Below, piece after piece: positions 58,979 through 64,000 of a DNA stretch of 64,000 nucleotides (its first letter is position 1; the number at the start of each line of letters is the position of its first letter). Location of the stretch: NCBI GenBank assembly GCA_012295275.1, contig CM022674.1:15810001-15874000 (forward strand). Reading direction: 5' to 3'. Below the pieces are notes generated by a model. The model did no database searches, was not told the DNA's origin, and was given only the letters and a program-made list of their open reading frames with translations. The position numbers and the translations under genes are program-made. The DNA is from Chrysomallon squamiferum (Eukaryota; Animalia; Mollusca).

Positions 58979-59580
58979 GTCAGTTTACATTTGACTTTTT
59001 ATTTCATTGTGTATCAATAACACAATGTTTTAACTTGTTGGCATCAAAATTATAATTCGTGTGTTTAATGGTGTCGTACTGAAGTGTGTATCTGTCATTA
59101 TTTCCCTTTAATAATAACGAAACAATACAAAATAATATCAGGATGGAGTACGATATTCAACTAAAAAGCTAGGCTTAAAATAACCTGAATTCAAATGAGA
59201 TATATTAATGATCCATTTATTCGTATTTATTAGTTACTTTACTTGCTTGTTTGTTTCCTTGACTGTTGTTTGTTTATTCCTTCCCTTATTTGACTGTTTG
59301 AGTATTTGTAATTCATGTACGACTTATAATAGGCATCAAAGCTAAACATATACCACTACGAGAGTTGCAACAGAGGAAACTCATTAGTGAAACTGTACAG
59401 ATTATTCTTGTTGACTTGCATACAAATAGGAAAATAAAATCGGAGGGGAATGAAGCAGCTTGTACGAAGTTTTCAGAAGAAATATAGTTACAAGAGTATT
59501 AATCCATCTTACTAAATCGATTTTCTCAAGTAGAAGTAAACATGGAGAGTTACTGAAAATATACATCAGAAAGATCAAAA

Positions 59581-59665
<85 letters not shown>

Positions 59666-59853
59666 TAGTAATTTAAAGTTATAATAATAATCGTACTGTT
59701 TAATAATTTTAAACACCTGCCTTCCTTCAGAAGGTAATTTCAACCATCAGATGACCACCACTGCATGTTTGTCTCTAATGAAATTTGAAAAAATCCAATA
59801 TCTTTATGGTTCTCTAAATATAGCATATAGAAATTAGAATGAAATATCAAAAT

Positions 59854-59894
<41 letters not shown>

Positions 59895-59905
59895 TTTTGT
59901 TTTAG

Positions 59906-60394
59906 TTTTTATCAGATTAGTCAATAGTGGAGGTATTTCAACACAGGGTCGAGTTGAGATCAAACTTAACGATACATGGGGAACTGTCTGTGCTGACAAA
60001 TTTGACGACAAAGACGCAGGCTTTATCTGTACACTTTTAGGATTCAGTCAGTAAGAACGTTTTACTTTCAGTTAAATTGTTCAATTTATAAACAGTAGTA
60101 AAATATGAGTACATTTCTATTTGCGCAATACAAGACAAAATCTGAATAACGGCATAGTACAGATTGGCCAATATTACTAACGAAGATCAGACAAATCAGT
60201 TGTATGTTCTAAATCCTAGATTCAACGCAGACATATAAGAATGCTCACTTTGAAGAAGGAACAGGACCAGTGTGGGTTGATGATATTGACTGTGTTAAAG
60301 ATGAAAATGGAGTGAACCACTGTTCTTTCTATGACTGGGGTAAAAACAAACTATAGTCATAAACAGGATTTGGGAATTAGCTGCTACCCTCAGA
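59906..60394 (+). pseudogene. SRCR domain 2, copy B (second half frameshifted)
   Basis: [47 protein letters not shown] is intact. The next exon has a 2-bp deletion near 60230 and a 1-bp insertion near 60349 relative to copy A. Confidence 0.88.
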
Positions 60395-60549
60395 GTATGT
60401 TGTTTGTTTTGTTGTTGTTGTTTGTTTTTGTACTATTTTAAGAACAAAACATTGAGCGTTAAATGTGAAATGCAAGAACCACTTAGTGTGAAAAGTATCG
60501 GCTGTATCTTTAACATTCTTTGATTTATAAAACAACGCCACATGACATT

Positions 60550-60643
<94 letters not shown>

Positions 60644-60821
60644 AATAGCTCTCTCTGTCTCTCTCTCTCTATCTCTCTCTGTCTCTCTCTCTCGCAATGT
60701 CTCTCTCTGTCTCTCTCTCTCGCTGTCTCTCTCTGTCTCTCTCTCTGTCTCTCTTTCTGTCTGTCTCTCTCTCTCTCGCTCTGTCTCTCTCTTTGTCTCT
60801 CTCTCTCGCTCTCTCTCTCTC

Positions 60822-60892
<71 letters not shown>

Positions 60893-61650
60893 GTCTGTCT
60901 GAAACAGAAACATGAAGGTTATGAAAAGTGTAATTAACGAAAGTGACGTTTCTGTTAAAGTCTACAACAAAACTGTCAACGTCAGTGGCTACCTGATTTC
61001 ACTGGACATTGGTCAGTTTTCAGACAGTGAACGAGGGTTGTACAATCTAACAGTCTGTAACAAATTTGGATGTGACAATTTCTACACTTACCTAAAGTCA
61101 TCAGGTTCGTGTTATTGTAGAAGTGCAATGTTTATACAATTATTCTCCATATTAAATTTCGGATTAATATTATCCTGTTCATCCTGTTAAAATACTTCAC
61201 CAACTTTTAGTAAACAAATACTTTATCATTAAACTGAAACGAAAGATTTCACGAGCTTATAGTAAACAAATACTTTACCTTTGAACAGAAACGAAAGATT
61301 TCATTAGTAATCATTTCACTTTATTTAAAGAGAATTACAACCTGAATTTTTTGTTACATCACTTTCGTATTTCCCAAAGAATGACCTGTATACTGAAATA
61401 CGTGAAAGATTGTTTAAGATATCCCAGTCTACATCGATGCAAACAATATTTTCATTTTGAATTTAATTGTATTAATTTATTTATTCATTTATTTTCCTAT
61501 TCTCTTCGTATGTATGTATGTATATATAGGTACGTGTGTATATGTGTGTCTGCATGTGTGTATGTACGTAAATGTGCATGCATGTAGATATGTATGTTTC
61601 TTTGTATATTCAGTTTACGTATTTAAATTAATGCATATTTATCTTTCTAG

Positions 61651-62790
<1,140 letters not shown>

Positions 62791-64000
62791 GTAAAGTGAA
62801 AAATTTATATTAATAACTTGTTGGTCATCCTAGCGACATTAGCAAATTTAGAAATAGCTTTATCATTACAGCAACGTTAGTAGTAGTTGTAGTAATAATA
62901 TAAGTTACAGTTATGTAGTAGTAGTAGGAGCACCGATAGAATAAGTAGAAATGTTGATGGTAATGATAGTAGTCGTAACCTCGTGTTGACAAATCTCAAA
63001 GCTTTCTTAGTTTATCAGTCAAAACTAGCTGTATCCTAGCCTGTAATTAACGTAACTACGAAATTTAAAAATAATAATAATAATAAAAAAAACAAATAAA
63101 AAATACCTTTAAAGGTTCGACATGGCATTTTTTCCAGTAAAAGCGCATTAATGATGGTCAAACAGAACTTTTATTATCTGCATATATCGAAATTTAAATA
63201 CAGTTTATTTACTGATTACAATCATTAATACATTTTATTTACTATCTGTCGTTGTTTTATCTTTTGTTTATCTCATAAAACTACATAATCTTTGGCTTTA
63301 TCTCTGTCTCTTTGCTTTTTCTGTAGACACTTTTATTCTCTAAATATACTTTCCCGAAGACAACTGGTAATGTCGACTAACAATGGACAGCCTTTCTCTG
63401 AGATACATGAAAAGGAAAAATAAAATCATTATAAGAGACTGATGTTCATGCACTGATTGTGTTCTATCATTTTCTAAACGTCAAGAATTGTATTACATTC
63501 ACACGAAATATCTATTCTCAGCACGACACTAAAAAAATACTCTCTGTGTGTTTGTCTTTATAACAAAGCAATTTGATTATACTAGTAAAGCGAAAACTGT
63601 CCTCCATTGTCAGTAAAACTAGAACCTCAGTTGGTAGAAACAACCTTACTCACGGACTTTCTTCTGAATTTATTATTGATCTATCTTAATAACCTGTTTT
63701 TAAACGTTTATAATCTAATATAATCTTCATTGTTTAATGTGTCAAATCCTCACAGTCAAGCCGTCTGTTTTCTTACGTTTATTAAATTGAGATGTCAACT
63801 TGTCTTGTCCTTCACCTGTCAGACTTCAAATAAAGTCAAGAGGATGTGTTATGCCGAGGCATTGACAGAATAAAAAAGTGTCAAGAGGTTTGAAGAGGAT
63901 GCAATCAAAGAAAACCTTGAGGTGCAGACTTGAAAGATATTACAGATATATGACTAATTAGTATTAAACAATATTAAATACATCATGAATATGGGAGCCA

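Overview
Very AT-rich, microsatellite-dense eukaryotic DNA, probably from an invertebrate and plausibly a mollusc (inference from composition and gene families). A 200-N scaffold gap lies at 45450-45649. I could not find a complete intact gene; the window is a patchwork of duplicated and broken gene pieces. (1) Two diverged direct copies (about 3.3-25.1 kb and 50.7-64 kb) of a multi-exon type-I receptor gene: group-A SRCR domains, an Ig-like exon, a TM exon and short cytoplasmic exons with YxxL motifs. Each copy is broken in different places. (2) Two inverted 5' fragments of a PCSK7-like proprotein convertase. One sits inside a receptor intron; the other is fused to a decayed YqaJ-type exonuclease ORF. 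(3) A decayed parvovirus-NS1-like HUH endonuclease/SF3 helicase ORF, next to a head-to-head pair of tRNA-like Pol III-type cassettes with their own minisatellite tails. (4) Isolated exons: a secreted KR-cleaved precursor, a YWTD-propeller gene, a second TM receptor tail, a PAN-like secreted protein and an LRR-like relic. (5) Several satellites and a near-perfect 80-bp foldback. All translations and alignments were done by eye, and no database search was run.
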